IMG/VR virus record: IMGVR_UViG_3300042880_000331
DNA: 64,000 nucleotides
Direction: 5' to 3' (one strand)
Origin: an uncultured virus (IMG/VR IMGVR_UViG_3300042880_000331)
Lineage: Duplodnaviria; Heunggongvirae; Uroviricota; Caudoviricetes
The notes below the pieces were generated by a model. That model did not search any database. It was not told the DNA's origin and was given only the letters and a program-made list of their open reading frames with translations. Every line of letters starts with the position of its first letter. Position 1 is the stretch's first letter. This document shows, piece after piece, positions 33,633-44,022 of this stretch. A program made the position numbers and the translations under genes.

Positions 33633-36445
33633 TTGTTAATCTCCACCATGTTGATTGACATGGTGACGGCACGGTTGCCTATCCACTGCATTTCAATCCG
33701 ATCGGTTTCAAACCTGCTTAAACCCATATAGCTGATCTGGCGGACTTCCGCTAGCCCTTTCCGCAAGGCGTGAGCAAAGGTTATCAGCCACCCTCCAAAC
33801 AAATCTGCTGAAATTGATACAATGCGATTTCCTTGCCAAATCCCATCAGAAAATTCAATAACAACATCAGCCCTGTCTGCATTAAAGCTCCGGATGTCTA
33901 AATTAGGAACATTGATTTGAGTTCGGTTAGTGCTGATGGCGTATGCAGGCAAATCGTGTTGGAAAGTTGGCATATAGAAAAGACGCGCCGCTCCTTGCCT
34001 GCGATAAAGAAAATGCCGAATAGCAACGGACTCTTCTCCACTTTCAAACAGAAACTGATGGTTCGACTTTATTCGCGACTGATTCCAAGGGCTTCTGCTT
34101 ACATATGGCGCAAGTTCAGTGTCATAAATATCTTGACGCTGCGTGATCGCTTTGGAAAACTGACTGTTGGAATTGGGGTGTATTGTAAGAACTTCGTATC
34201 CATTAAAATAATATCCAATTTCTTGCGCAAGAGCGCTAGCAAATCTGTCAGACATTGCAAATGGCGTAACGTCGTTCACATTCGAGTAAATGCCTTCACT
34301 GGCATTGTCAACTTTTATGAATTGAGCTGTACTATTAATGCCCATTCCGATAGCATAAATATCAACAGCCCTGCGGCCATCGTATGGAGGAAGCCCTGTA
34401 ATCAAGTTGAATGCAGTGGTACGAGAACTATCTAAACTTGTTACTGTAGCAGCGGAGAAAAACATAATGTTCTTTCGCTCATTACGATTGCGAAAATTTG
34501 TTCCAAAAAAGGTCACGGCTCGCTCAAATGCCCTGTAAGAATTAGTTCCGCCAAGAGAACCAATTGAAGCAACCGCAGCAATAGCGGTGTCAATGTTAGC
34601 AGCAGTTGCATCAAAATAAGTCAATACACTTTCACTTGAACCCCAAAAGGATAAACACAAGTCCAAACGAACACCGGAATTGACTACAGCACCCCGAAGG
34701 TCTTGTAGTGCTCGCGTTAGATCTGACTTAAGAGCTGTTAACTTTGCACTATCGCCTGCCACTGATGATGATACTTCACAAGCAAACAAAACAGCTAGCC
34801 TGGTGGGGTATATTTTTGGTTTAATGATATTTGCATCGAAGTTAAAATTTGAACTAAAACTTCCAACTTCAAAATCAATATCGCCACGAAGTTGTGCAGC
34901 GTTAACAGGAACAATATGGGCATAAGGCCTTGCGTCAAAAGGGCTTTCGAGTGTAATGCTTTTTGCACCAATAGCACTCACTCCGGACATGTTAGCAATA
35001 CTGCCTACCGTTAAATTTCCAGTGTTAATTGGAACCAGTGGCGCGCCGTCAATTGACGCTGCGTCAGGTATACTTGAAATTATTACGGTCGCTCCGCTTG
35101 TCGTTGCTGAATAATCCGGATCTGACACAAAGCTGTTAATTGCAGCGGCAACTTGAGTTGCTGTCGTAGAATTGTTTCCCGTGTGGGGAACAGCATACCC
35201 CATAACGGGCAGCCCGTCAATTTCAATGTTCTTGATAGTACCGCCAGGTGCAAATTCCCTAATACGACCGCTATCGCCTTGTACCAAATAAAATTGAGTT
35301 CCATCAGGCTTCCATGTAAATCCAAATTCGTAAGGTTGAAACGATCTGCTGTATCCGTCCGCTGTAGCACCTGCCAAACTCCATGGGGTAGGTAGAGTTA
35401 AGCTAAAGAATATCCCAGGATTGCCGCCTTTAACAACGAACAGTTTTGTTCCGTCGGATTTGAACTCAAATGATATTGGTTGTTGAGTATTTCCGTTCAA
35501 AGAAGATAGGTCTAGCGCCACACCGTTGGCAGTTGGCGTCAGTGCTGCATAAGGAGTAGGGAGAGTGTATTCCCTGATAAGATTACCCTGACCAACAAAC
35601 AGTTTTGTCCCGTCAGCGTTAAAGTCTATTCCAAAGCCAGCGCCGTGGGCAGGAAGCTGAAAAGAACCATTTTGATTTGCATTACCCGTCGTCCAAGGTG
35701 CAACAGGGGTGTATTGCAGCAACCTTGTGTTCGTGCTAAAGTCTTGCAGTGAAAGCAGAAAGAACTTACTCCCGTCAGGAATCCATGCTTGACCGACATA
35801 GGTTTGGGAAAACTCAAACATGCTAAAATTGTCAATTACGGCAGTTGCAGGGTTCCATGGTGTTGTCAGGGTATGTGAGGGCGCATAATTCCCGGAAGCA
35901 AGAATCATTCTTGTGCCATCAGGGCTAAACTTAATAGTACGCCCGATTGCGTATGATGGGAAGAAAGTAATTCCAGTTGGAAAAAGTTCCTGTAGCCCCC
36001 ACGGTACGGCTATTGTTCCGCCTGTAATTGTAAAAGAGCCTATTGCTGGAACTGAAGCAATTTTTCGAATTTGCCAATCGTCGTTATTAACAAAAGCTAG
36101 AGCAAGACTTCCAGCTCTAAAATCAGATAGATAAGGATCCACAGGGAGATTTACTGTTGCGGTCAGCGGAGTAAGAGTTTGAACGTCTGACCACATGGGC
36201 ACAGCCCAATCACCGCGGATATTCTGTTCGCCTAAATTAAACGGGAACTGTCTGTTAAACAAGTTTGCATCAACGCTGTAAGACAAAGTGTGTCTGGCTA
36301 TTGTTCGGCCAACACTTCTGCTTTCGGATCCGTCCTGTGAAGTAACGATATCAGTATAGAACTCAAATGCTTCCCGCATTTTGTCAGTCGGAGGCAAGTG
36401 TAAGAAGGCAAACGTCTCAAATCCCTCGATGTTATTTAGCTTCAT
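33629..36445 (-). CDS. Distal-tail-like virion protein with beta-propeller and vWA-like insertions
   Basis: Follows tape measure; F.PDGT/W repeats; EVSSS, GGTN, IYAIG vWA-like; FLYRRQG...FYMPT. Confidence 0.7.
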   Translation of the reverse strand: MKLNNIEGFETFAFLHLPPTDKMREAFEFYTDIVTSQDGSESRSVGRTIARHTLSYSVDANLFNRQFPFNLGEQNIRGDWAVPMWSDVQTLTPLTATVNLPVDPYLSDFRAGSLALAFVNNDDWQIRKIASVPAIGSFTITGGTIAVPWGLQELFPTGITFFPSYAIGRTIKFSPDGTRMILASGNYAPSHTLTTPWNPATAVIDNFSMFEFSQTYVGQAWIPDGSKFFLLSLQDFSTNTRLLQYTPVAPWTTGNANQNGSFQLPAHGAGFGIDFNADGTKLFVGQGNLIREYTLPTPYAALTPTANGVALDLSSLNGNTQQPISFEFKSDGTKLFVVKGGNPGIFFSLTLPTPWSLAGATADGYSRSFQPYEFGFTWKPDGTQFYLVQGDSGRIREFAPGGTIKNIEIDGLPVMGYAVPHTGNNSTTATQVAAAINSFVSDPDYSATTSGATVIISSIPDAASIDGAPLVPINTGNLTVGSIANMSGVSAIGAKSITLESPFDARPYAHIVPVNAAQLRGDIDFEVGSFSSNFNFDANIIKPKIYPTRLAVLFACEVSSSVAGDSAKLTALKSDLTRALQDLRGAVVNSGVRLDLCLSFWGSSESVLTYFDATAANIDTAIAAVASIGSLGGTNSYRAFERAVTFFGTNFRNRNERKNIMFFSAATVTSLDSSRTTAFNLITGLPPYDGRRAVDIYAIGMGINSTAQFIKVDNASEGIYSNVNDVTPFAMSDRFASALAQEIGYYFNGYEVLTIHPNSNSQFSKAITQRQDIYDTELAPYVSRSPWNQSRIKSNHQFLFESGEESVAIRHFLYRRQGAARLFYMPTFQHDLPAYAISTNRTQINVPNLDIRSFNADRADVVIEFSDGIWQGNRIVSISADLFGGWLITFAHALRKGLAEVRQISYMGLSRFETDRIEMQWIGNRAVTMSINMVEINK

Positions 36446-39400
36446 CTTCCAATTGCCCTAAGCTGATCACCGTTCTTCCGAATGACGTTCATAAGAAGCT
36501 GTTCACCCTCCGCGGTTGCAAGATAATCCCCCATTAACTCGGGATCGATTACGTTAATGATTCGCGTGTTGACTTGGGGCGGTGCAGCACCCTGACTATC
36601 GCCCGCACCAGCAGCAACACTACCGTGGCGCACTTGCGTTGGCGTTTGCACGGTCACCCGCTCACCCGGACTCGCGCGTAACGCGACAACCTGTGAGTCC
36701 ACCCCACCCATTCCGCCTGGCATTGTGAATGAACCGCCAGTTGCAAAGTTTGTGTTGGTGGACAAGATAGATGCGACGTTGGCTGCCGTGGTCACTCCGA
36801 TAGCCGCGGCCATTGCATAGTTCATCGGAGGAGGGTGGCTTGCAAGCGCCTTCTGGATTGCAAGATAACCATCGATTGTTGCTTGCGTAACAGCAGCCGC
36901 CTTTCCAATAGCACCTAGCACACGGTTTCCGTTGGATGACAACTTGGCAAGCTCTTTGAACAAATCACTCTGACCTTGCAAACGAAATTCGCGGTATTGT
37001 GCATCAACATTGGCCTTTGCCATTGCTGCACTTTGCTCGCTGATAATATCAGCCTGGCGGAGCATATCAATTTGTTCATACATGAGCCGGAACTTTTCCA
37101 CCTGAGCGTCCAGGGCTTCCTGGGTTCCAGCAAACAACTCCGCCCCAATATCTGCTGACAGTGCTTCAAATGCGTCCGATTTTGTGTATCCGCTAGCAGC
37201 GTCAGCAAGCAGGGCATTCACCTCATTCAGTTTGGTTGTGAACTCCTCTCTGCGTCCAATGGCCCGCTCAATAAGAGAGTTTTGCAATTCCATTGATTCA
37301 CTAATTTCAGGAGTTCCGCCACCAGCGGATCCGCCCGATCCACCGGAAGCAGGGGCATTTGCAAGTCGCTCACGCTCAGCAGCCACAGCTTGAAGTTCGG
37401 TAATCTCTTGAGCTTGGTCGACGCCACGCAAACGAGCTGCCCGTTCTAACCACACAACGCCGCGTTCAAAAATGTTTCCGGCTGCCATCTCCCGAGCATC
37501 CATTTCGGTATTGATTTCATGCTTTGTTGCTGCAATGCGAGCTTCCGCAATGGTGGATCCTGCTCTAAGCGCGTTGATTTCCACCTGTCTGGATGCGTTT
37601 GCAATAACAGTTCCACCCAAGCTGGACAAGGCGGACATGATACCGTTAATTCGCACGGCCACACCTGCCATTGCGCTAGACCATGCGTTAGTAGCATTGA
37701 TAGTGCGATTCGTTGCGTCATAAGACGCCAATATCTGCGCCTTGATATTTGCAGCAACCGGAAGCTGATCTACCTGGGCTTGTAGAACTGCCCTCTCAGC
37801 AGCTTGCCTGGCTTGTGCAACTTGGACGCTGTCTTCCCCATATTGGGCAATCAACTGGAGCATTCGGTTCTGCTCATTATAAGTCTGAATCATTGCATTA
37901 GCTTCAGACAGTGCAGCATTGCTTGCAGTTCTGCTCTGAGCGTATTGCTGCATCGCAAGGGTAAGGTTCCGTTGGCGGGCCGAAGCAATCTTCTCTTCCG
38001 TTGATAAAATTGTTCCACCTTGCCGAGCAACTTCACCTGCAGAGATTGCCATGTTTTGAAACGCAACCGGAACAGCGGACGCGGAACCATAGATTGTTAT
38101 TAGAATCTGGTTAAATCGCTCAGACGCTGCAATTGCCTCTGTGGGTGTAGCTGCGAGCGACATAGCTTCAAGTGCAAGAGTCAGCTGAGCGGCCGATTTG
38201 TCGGTAAGGTCAAACTCTTCTCTAAGATCGGAGTAGGTTGCTTCAATCTCTTTCATTATGCCACCAGAGGTTGAAACTAACGCAGTTCTACTAAACCCCC
38301 CAAACTCTTCGGACAAAGCGCTAATACTAGACTTCATTTCATCAATGGCTTTTGTTTGCAGGAAATCAGAAAGAAGCTGTGAGGTGCGACCAATTTGTTC
38401 CCCAGCTGAACCGAACCGGTCACGAAGCTCGGAAGTTGTCGCAGATGCAATAGTCGCTACATCAACGTAGTTGGAAACAGCAGTAGCCATTTTCTCAAGT
38501 CTTTGTTCAAGAGTTAAAGTCTCAGGAATGAGCTTCATAATCCACTGGAATGCAGTGGCGCCAAATGCAATAATGCCAATTGTCAGAAGTGTGATCGGGT
38601 TAATCAAAGACATGAAGCCTGCTGCCAGAGCACTGAACATTCCACGAAGCCCACCGCCCGCAACCGAGATCCCCGTCAGCACTTGGCTGATCTGCGTGCC
38701 CTGTTGCAGTGCAAGCTGAATGGGGTTCTGCCCCGCTGCCAGCATGACACCAATGTCGTTGAACTGGGCAAACAAGTTCGCGCTGTTCGCGGACGCAACC
38801 CCAAGGCCCTTGCCCATCATGCCTGCTTGGTTGCCTGTCAGTAGCATCTGTTGGCCTAAGTTCTCTAGCATTGCATCATATTGCGCTGCAGATATAATGC
38901 CTGCCCGCTGAGCTTGATTCAGTGTTTCAAGTGCAGCCTCATACCGCTTAGACGAAGCAAAAAGCGGGTCATAGGACGCCCGCAGTGCATCAACCTTTGT
39001 CGTCAGAGCGGCGTTCGTTGCAGCAAGCTCTCTAGCTGCGCCACCCGCCCCGTTGTAATCCCTGATGAGTAACTCGAGCGTCTTGCTGTATTGCTCAGTT
39101 TTGATAGCACCGCTTGCAAGGGCACTCTCCAGCAGCTCAAAAGCGCTATTGAACTTCATTTGCGCTGCATAAGCAGGGTCAAGCGAAGCGCGCAATGCGT
39201 CGACGTTGTCCCGTGCGGTCAGTATCTCCCGGAAAGCTGACGCGCTGTCACGGACAGACTTCATCATGTTGCCACTGACGCCAGTGACGGTCTGGATGCG
39301 GCGCTGCATTTCGGTAAGTGACGGGTTGACTTGCTGGATACTTGTGGTCATTGTGCCAAGCGCCATCTTGACAGCGTTAATGCCCTTGGACGCAGTTGTG

Positions 39401-39489
39401 CCAGCAGCACCCATGGACTCCAGGTTCCGCTTGACCACAAGGGCGCCGTCTTCCCGGACAGTGATTACGACTGCTTCATTAACTGCCAT
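36442..39489 (-). CDS. Tape measure protein
   Basis: 1015 aa, Ala-rich helical; QFNDIGV..AAGQNP...QQGTQI; FATGGSF. Confidence 0.9.
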   Translation of the reverse strand: MAVNEAVVITVREDGALVVKRNLESMGAAGTTASKGINAVKMALGTMTTSIQQVNPSLTEMQRRIQTVTGVSGNMMKSVRDSASAFREILTARDNVDALRASLDPAYAAQMKFNSAFELLESALASGAIKTEQYSKTLELLIRDYNGAGGAARELAATNAALTTKVDALRASYDPLFASSKRYEAALETLNQAQRAGIISAAQYDAMLENLGQQMLLTGNQAGMMGKGLGVASANSANLFAQFNDIGVMLAAGQNPIQLALQQGTQISQVLTGISVAGGGLRGMFSALAAGFMSLINPITLLTIGIIAFGATAFQWIMKLIPETLTLEQRLEKMATAVSNYVDVATIASATTSELRDRFGSAGEQIGRTSQLLSDFLQTKAIDEMKSSISALSEEFGGFSRTALVSTSGGIMKEIEATYSDLREEFDLTDKSAAQLTLALEAMSLAATPTEAIAASERFNQILITIYGSASAVPVAFQNMAISAGEVARQGGTILSTEEKIASARQRNLTLAMQQYAQSRTASNAALSEANAMIQTYNEQNRMLQLIAQYGEDSVQVAQARQAAERAVLQAQVDQLPVAANIKAQILASYDATNRTINATNAWSSAMAGVAVRINGIMSALSSLGGTVIANASRQVEINALRAGSTIAEARIAATKHEINTEMDAREMAAGNIFERGVVWLERAARLRGVDQAQEITELQAVAAERERLANAPASGGSGGSAGGGTPEISESMELQNSLIERAIGRREEFTTKLNEVNALLADAASGYTKSDAFEALSADIGAELFAGTQEALDAQVEKFRLMYEQIDMLRQADIISEQSAAMAKANVDAQYREFRLQGQSDLFKELAKLSSNGNRVLGAIGKAAAVTQATIDGYLAIQKALASHPPPMNYAMAAAIGVTTAANVASILSTNTNFATGGSFTMPGGMGGVDSQVVALRASPGERVTVQTPTQVRHGSVAAGAGDSQGAAPPQVNTRIINVIDPELMGDYLATAEGEQLLMNVIRKNGDQLRAIGR

Positions 39490-39949
39490 CGTCGGTATAG
39501 CTCCCCGTTATGATGGGCGCGGCGCTTTTGACATAAGCGGAGCCTGCCAAGACTGCACTCTCAACGAACCCTGCGGGCGCTTGCGTGGACGAACCTGCGT
39601 TCAGGCGGTCGATATAAGGCGCAGTGTTCTTGAGGTAAATGATTTCGCCCCGAGCGACAAAGAACCCCGGAATGACAGCGCGGGCGTTCTGGAGCATTGC
39701 GCGAGCGTTAGCTTGCCCCGTGCTGCCTTTTGTTCCAGGGAAGTAAGGGGGAAGTCTGCTTGTGGGCGCACCTGACAAGCTGACCTGCCAGTTAGACACC
39801 GCTTCACCAGTATCCTTAGGCGTGGCCACAGCAAGGCGGTTGATGATTGCCCGCGTCGTGTTTCGGGTCAGGACGCTGAGGTTTTTCATCAGGGCATCGA
39901 CATGGGCGGTGATACGAACCTCCAAGTCTCCAATGTCGATGCCCGCCAT
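39479..39949 (-). CDS. HK97 gp10-like tail completion protein
   Basis: TPKDTG..SNW, N.APYI..LN.GSS.QAPAGFV. Confidence 0.8.
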   Translation of the reverse strand: MAGIDIGDLEVRITAHVDALMKNLSVLTRNTTRAIINRLAVATPKDTGEAVSNWQVSLSGAPTSRLPPYFPGTKGSTGQANARAMLQNARAVIPGFFVARGEIIYLKNTAPYIDRLNAGSSTQAPAGFVESAVLAGSAYVKSAAPIITGSYTDDGS

Positions 39950-40314
39950 TACCTCTTTCCTCGCTTCGGTGGGGGCTTGTTTGCCGCCGCCAGTTTCTTT
40001 GTCTTATAGTTCAGGTAGGCGTTATCCATTTGCCCAACTAGATACAAAAGGTCGTCTTCCTGTTCCTCGTCCAACTCATACTTCTCAGCCCACCGGACCG
40101 TGTCTTTCCAACTGATTGGACCTTCTGTCCCGTAACCCGCTGTCCTGCACGATGTCAGGTCAAGGAAAGCGCGGTAATAAAGTCCTAGACCCAAAAGCAA
40201 TTCAGGAGCGTTTTGGATCTTGTCGGGCAGGGGCATCCCCGCCCGATAGCATTGTTCAAGGATTGCCTTCTCTACCGGACCTTGTTCAAGCAGGTAAAGA
40301 AGACACTCGGTTAG
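39949..40314 (-). CDS. Tail assembly chaperone, -1 frameshift extension (gpT-like)
   Basis: Open -1 frame from slippery GGGAAAC (40314-40320) into ORF 39949-40236. Confidence 0.75.
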   Translation of the reverse strand, partial: LTECLLYLLEQGPVEKAILEQCYRAGMPLPDKIQNAPELLLGLGLYYRAFLDLTSCRTAGYGTEGPISWKDTVRWAEKYELDEEQEDDLLYLVGQMDNAYLNYKTKKLAAANKPPPKRGKR

Positions 40315-40730
40315 TTTCCCGCAGCGATGTCCAGGTTGGCCTGGCGGAACAACGTGGCCTTGCGGGCCTGCTCCTGGATGTCACTGAACAGGTCGGGCAG
40401 GTCCACGAACAGCTGAATGCAGTTGTCGACGCTGAACGAAATGTCCTTGCCATCCTTGCTCTGCACGTTCTCCCAGCCAAGCACAACGGTCTCGGCGTAA
40501 ACGCGGCGCATGATGGTTTCGATCTGGGCCGCGTCCACAATGTCGTTCTGAAGCTGCCGGCGGATGGGCTTGGTGAGCGCCTCCAGTCGCTTGTCGAATT
40601 GTTTGTTGGAACCACCTGCCCGGGCAATGCGGATGCAGATTGGCTTCCCCTCGGCGGTCGTGCCATATTCCAACAGGATGCCGGTCTTTTCCAGCTTCTC
40701 GTTGGTTTCGAATTGTTTGAACAGCGACAT
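40311..40730 (-). CDS. Tail assembly chaperone (gpG-like)
   Basis: IRIARAGGSN...VLGWEN...LPDLF; ends GCG GGA AAC TAA. Confidence 0.85.
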   Translation of the reverse strand: MSLFKQFETNEKLEKTGILLEYGTTAEGKPICIRIARAGGSNKQFDKRLEALTKPIRRQLQNDIVDAAQIETIMRRVYAETVVLGWENVQSKDGKDISFSVDNCIQLFVDLPDLFSDIQEQARKATLFRQANLDIAAGN

Positions 40731-40788
40731 GCGTTAACTCCAGGTTGCGAGCGCGGGACGTTGTGCCCCGCGCTGCCTTAGCATACCC

Positions 40789-42693
40789 TTAGCCAGCGAG
40801 ATCAGGCAAGTAGGAAAAGCTGGAGAATTGCATGGTGTGGCCATACGAACTTTCCGCTGCGGAGGTCTCGAGCGGCATCGTAATTGGCTGGTTCTGCTCC
40901 ACCGCCAACCGTCCGTCGCCCAGTGCGATCAGCGGGATGTCAAAGATCATCCCCTGATTCTTTTTCACCAGAGCGAAGTCCAGAGTGATGTCGTCGTTGT
41001 TCCGAACCGCCCGTGTGGCCACAAGGTCCGCGAAGTATGCGGTCATGGACCCACCCACTTCGAAGCTGCCCACTGAGATGTCGAATCCACCAAGAACGCC
41101 GATCGCCTTGTTCGGGCTTGCGTTGTTGTTGATGGTGATGGACATTTCCGTTGCGAACGCGAACAACGGGGTCACCGCGGAGTTGGTGGCGCTGACCGCA
41201 GACAGCTTGATTCGCGAGAAATCGGAACTGGTGTTGAACGCGTCCCCTGCTGCCAGTGCCGGGCGGTTCCCCGCCTTGACACCCTGCAACCCGTCACGCT
41301 GTTCGTTGTCCATTGCAATGAAGGCCATATCCACAGTCACCTTGTCCGCCATGGAGACGTTCAGGGTGAACTCGTTGCAGACTGCGCCCACAAGGTATTC
41401 GGACATGACACCATCACCATCGCTGCCAAGCGTCCGTTCGACTTGGTAGGTCCGGCGCTTGATCAGGTTCGCACTGGATTCGTTCTTAATCATGTCCCCA
41501 AAGAACAACCGGATAGTCTTGCCTGTTCCGGTTTCCGCTTGCGGGGTCCAGCTCGTCTTGTCCAGGGTGATGGCCGTTGCGGTGATTGCCATCACCCGTG
41601 CGAACCCCGAGTTGTTGTTGAAGCGGTTTCCGATAGCGTCTCCGCCAAGGAAGATCCACTCACCGGGAATAAGGCCGAGCGTGGTGAAGTCGAATACGCC
41701 GCTTGCACGGGTCAGCACCGGCAGCAAACCGGACATCACAACGTTCAGTGTAGCGGAAGCAAATTCATACCCGACAGCATCAAGGAACGCGGTTGCAGGC
41801 GGAGTTTCAGACACAAGCCCGTCACCGACCGTCAGAACGGTTGCGGTGGAAGCGGATGCCGCAACCTTCAGACCGTTGTTGGCTGGATCAGTAAACCCCG
41901 AAGCGAACACCAGTTGGTTAGCAAGGAAGCCCAGCATCCCCGAACCTGCCGTATAAGTATCAGCGGCGGCATTGGTGGCGGTGATCGGAATCTGCGCCGT
42001 GTTCAGGGGCTTGGTCGTTTTCTTCTCCCGAATGTCCGCGAACAGAAAACCCTGCATCAGGCGCGTAGTGTTTTCGAACGTCAGGTCCTGGTTAAAGCCA
42101 CCTGATGCGTCCAGGTCGGTGATCACGCCTTTCTTGCGCTGGCGCGTCGGGTTGATCGGGTTCCGCGCAATGGTGCTGATGGAACCACCGAAGTCCGCAT
42201 AACTGTTCGGCTCAAGTGGCCACCAGTTGTTGGCAATGCCAACCGCATCAGCACCGCCAAGCAGTGTGGCAGCAGCAAAAGTTCCAGCAGCCATGGTCTC
42301 GGTTGTTGCAATTGCGTTACCCGCTGCACCAGGCGTTAGTGCTGTCACCGTAACAACCGAACCAATAGCTGACGCCGATACTTGAGTATTGGCGGTCGTG
42401 CTTGAACCATAGATCGTTCCTGAACCTGCGCCAAGCATCACGGCCGCTACAAGGTTCGCCGCTGACGCGGCGGCTGTGGCACCAATCAAAATTTCGTTTG
42501 CGGTCGCCGCAATCGTAGCTCGCCAGGTGTAGGTACGGGCACCGATAGTGACCGTTTCTGCAGCAACTGGCAGACCGCCGATGGTGAGCGTACCTGTTGC
42601 TGCCACTGCGGGGGTAAAAGATGCAAGGGTCCGGAGCGCGGATTCTTCCGTGAAGCGCAGACCTGTGACGTCTGAATCAATCTTATCGGGCAT
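40789..42693 (-). CDS. Major tail tube protein with N-terminal insertion
   Basis: KIDS..TGLRF.EE, WPLEPNSY.DFGG, ARNPINP.RQRKKG. Confidence 0.85.
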   Translation of the reverse strand: MPDKIDSDVTGLRFTEESALRTLASFTPAVAATGTLTIGGLPVAAETVTIGARTYTWRATIAATANEILIGATAAASAANLVAAVMLGAGSGTIYGSSTTANTQVSASAIGSVVTVTALTPGAAGNAIATTETMAAGTFAAATLLGGADAVGIANNWWPLEPNSYADFGGSISTIARNPINPTRQRKKGVITDLDASGGFNQDLTFENTTRLMQGFLFADIREKKTTKPLNTAQIPITATNAAADTYTAGSGMLGFLANQLVFASGFTDPANNGLKVAASASTATVLTVGDGLVSETPPATAFLDAVGYEFASATLNVVMSGLLPVLTRASGVFDFTTLGLIPGEWIFLGGDAIGNRFNNNSGFARVMAITATAITLDKTSWTPQAETGTGKTIRLFFGDMIKNESSANLIKRRTYQVERTLGSDGDGVMSEYLVGAVCNEFTLNVSMADKVTVDMAFIAMDNEQRDGLQGVKAGNRPALAAGDAFNTSSDFSRIKLSAVSATNSAVTPLFAFATEMSITINNNASPNKAIGVLGGFDISVGSFEVGGSMTAYFADLVATRAVRNNDDITLDFALVKKNQGMIFDIPLIALGDGRLAVEQNQPITMPLETSAAESSYGHTMQFSSFSYLPDLAG

Positions 42694-42698
42694 GTTGT

Positions 42699-43109
42699 TT
42701 ATCTCACCTCATCGTAGGAGAATGTTGCTGTGACGTTGATCTGACGGAATGCTCCGCTTGTGCCAATCTCGTTGAGCTGCACATTGCGGAACCATAGTTC
42801 ACCGTCGCGTGCATCTCGATACGCATCTCGCACAAGCTTCGCAAGCCGGTAACACGCCGTTGAGCCATCTCCTACTGGCGTGAAAACTTGAACAAATAGA
42901 GTTCCAGTTTCTGTAAACCGTTTCGTCCCAGACGACCCGGCAAGACTTGACTGTTGCCCCGTTGCGTGCTGGATGGTAGCACGAGCCCACGGGACATCGC
43001 TAGTGGGAATTTCACCTGTTTTGTCATCGTAAAACGCGGGGTAACCTGTCGTGTCCCAAGCAGCTTTGAAGATAGCCAGGATTCTATCGACTGCATCTTC
43101 CGTTATCAT
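42699..43109 (-). CDS. Tail terminator protein
   Basis: PWARATIQH...G...VQVFTP.G.G; position before tail tube. Confidence 0.7.
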   Translation of the reverse strand: MITEDAVDRILAIFKAAWDTTGYPAFYDDKTGEIPTSDVPWARATIQHATGQQSSLAGSSGTKRFTETGTLFVQVFTPVGDGSTACYRLAKLVRDAYRDARDGELWFRNVQLNEIGTSGAFRQINVTATFSYDEVR

Positions 43110-43528
43110 CTGACCAGCCCCAACGCATAGACAATCGCGGTGTTCCCCGGAACTAGGGATTTGCGGGCATGGATACGCCAGCGGCTGCCGTCGGTGTCAA
43201 TCATGATGTTAGCAAGCGCGAACGTCTTGTTCGGGTCAAACACGGGTTGCGCCACAAGGACAATTAGCTCGGACATCATAAACAGGTCGTCCGTCTTACC
43301 CATAGCACCGAACCCGCTGCCACCAATCAGGCCAAGGGTCATGTCCGGAAGCTGGGCAATGTCACAGGTGAAGGTGTCTTCCAGATCTTCCGTGGAACCG
43401 GAACCCTTCCAAGGTTTCTCCGGGTCTGCAGCACGCTTTGAAATCCGGCCAAACGTAACGGTCCGACCAGCGCCGCTGATCAGCTCGTGCGCCAGTGCGC
43501 GAAAGTCTAGGTCGTCTGCAAGAGCCAT
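43106..43528 (-). CDS. Head closure/neck protein
   Basis: LI...GR.VT, DP.KPW; neck module position. Confidence 0.6.
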   Translation of the reverse strand: MALADDLDFRALAHELISGAGRTVTFGRISKRAADPEKPWKGSGSTEDLEDTFTCDIAQLPDMTLGLIGGSGFGAMGKTDDLFMMSELIVLVAQPVFDPNKTFALANIMIDTDGSRWRIHARKSLVPGNTAIVYALGLVR

Positions 43529-44022
43529 TAGCGATATGTCCTTCCGCTAGCAGGGTTGAGCAGTGTGGTCAGCAGTATGTCCGCCGCGGGGTAGCTTCGA
43601 AGCAGAGGCGCAGTGGAATCCGTGTTGCCAACCGCTTTGAATTTCTTCTCGAGCGGCCCCAGTTTTTTCTCTGTGACCACAAGGGTCATTCCATTTTCAT
43701 CTACAACGGGGTCCGGTGCAAGCGGTGCAACCAGTGCGCGGAGCGCGTACTCTGATTGAGCGCGCTTGAGCATAACAGGAATCGTTCCGTTAAACGTGTA
43801 GAGCTTGTCAGGTTCCACAGCATCTTCGCCAACCGTGATCCAGCGGGATCCAAAACGGTTGTGGATGTAATCCGCTGCCTTGATTAGTGCAGCTTGTTTC
43901 ACAGTGTTGGGGTCTGACCAGGCAGTGATCCCGCGCTCGGAAAAGTAGTTGTCAGCAAAGGCAACATCAATCCAGGAGTTGGCGTTCTGAACACCTGCAC
44001 CAGTCTCCACGGTGAACGGCAT
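43528..44022 (-). CDS. Head-tail adaptor (DnaT-like family)
   Basis: VETGAGV.NANS...ADNYF..RG...ALIKAADYI. Confidence 0.75.
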   Translation of the reverse strand: MPFTVETGAGVQNANSWIDVAFADNYFSERGITAWSDPNTVKQAALIKAADYIHNRFGSRWITVGEDAVEPDKLYTFNGTIPVMLKRAQSEYALRALVAPLAPDPVVDENGMTLVVTEKKLGPLEKKFKAVGNTDSTAPLLRSYPAADILLTTLLNPASGRTYR

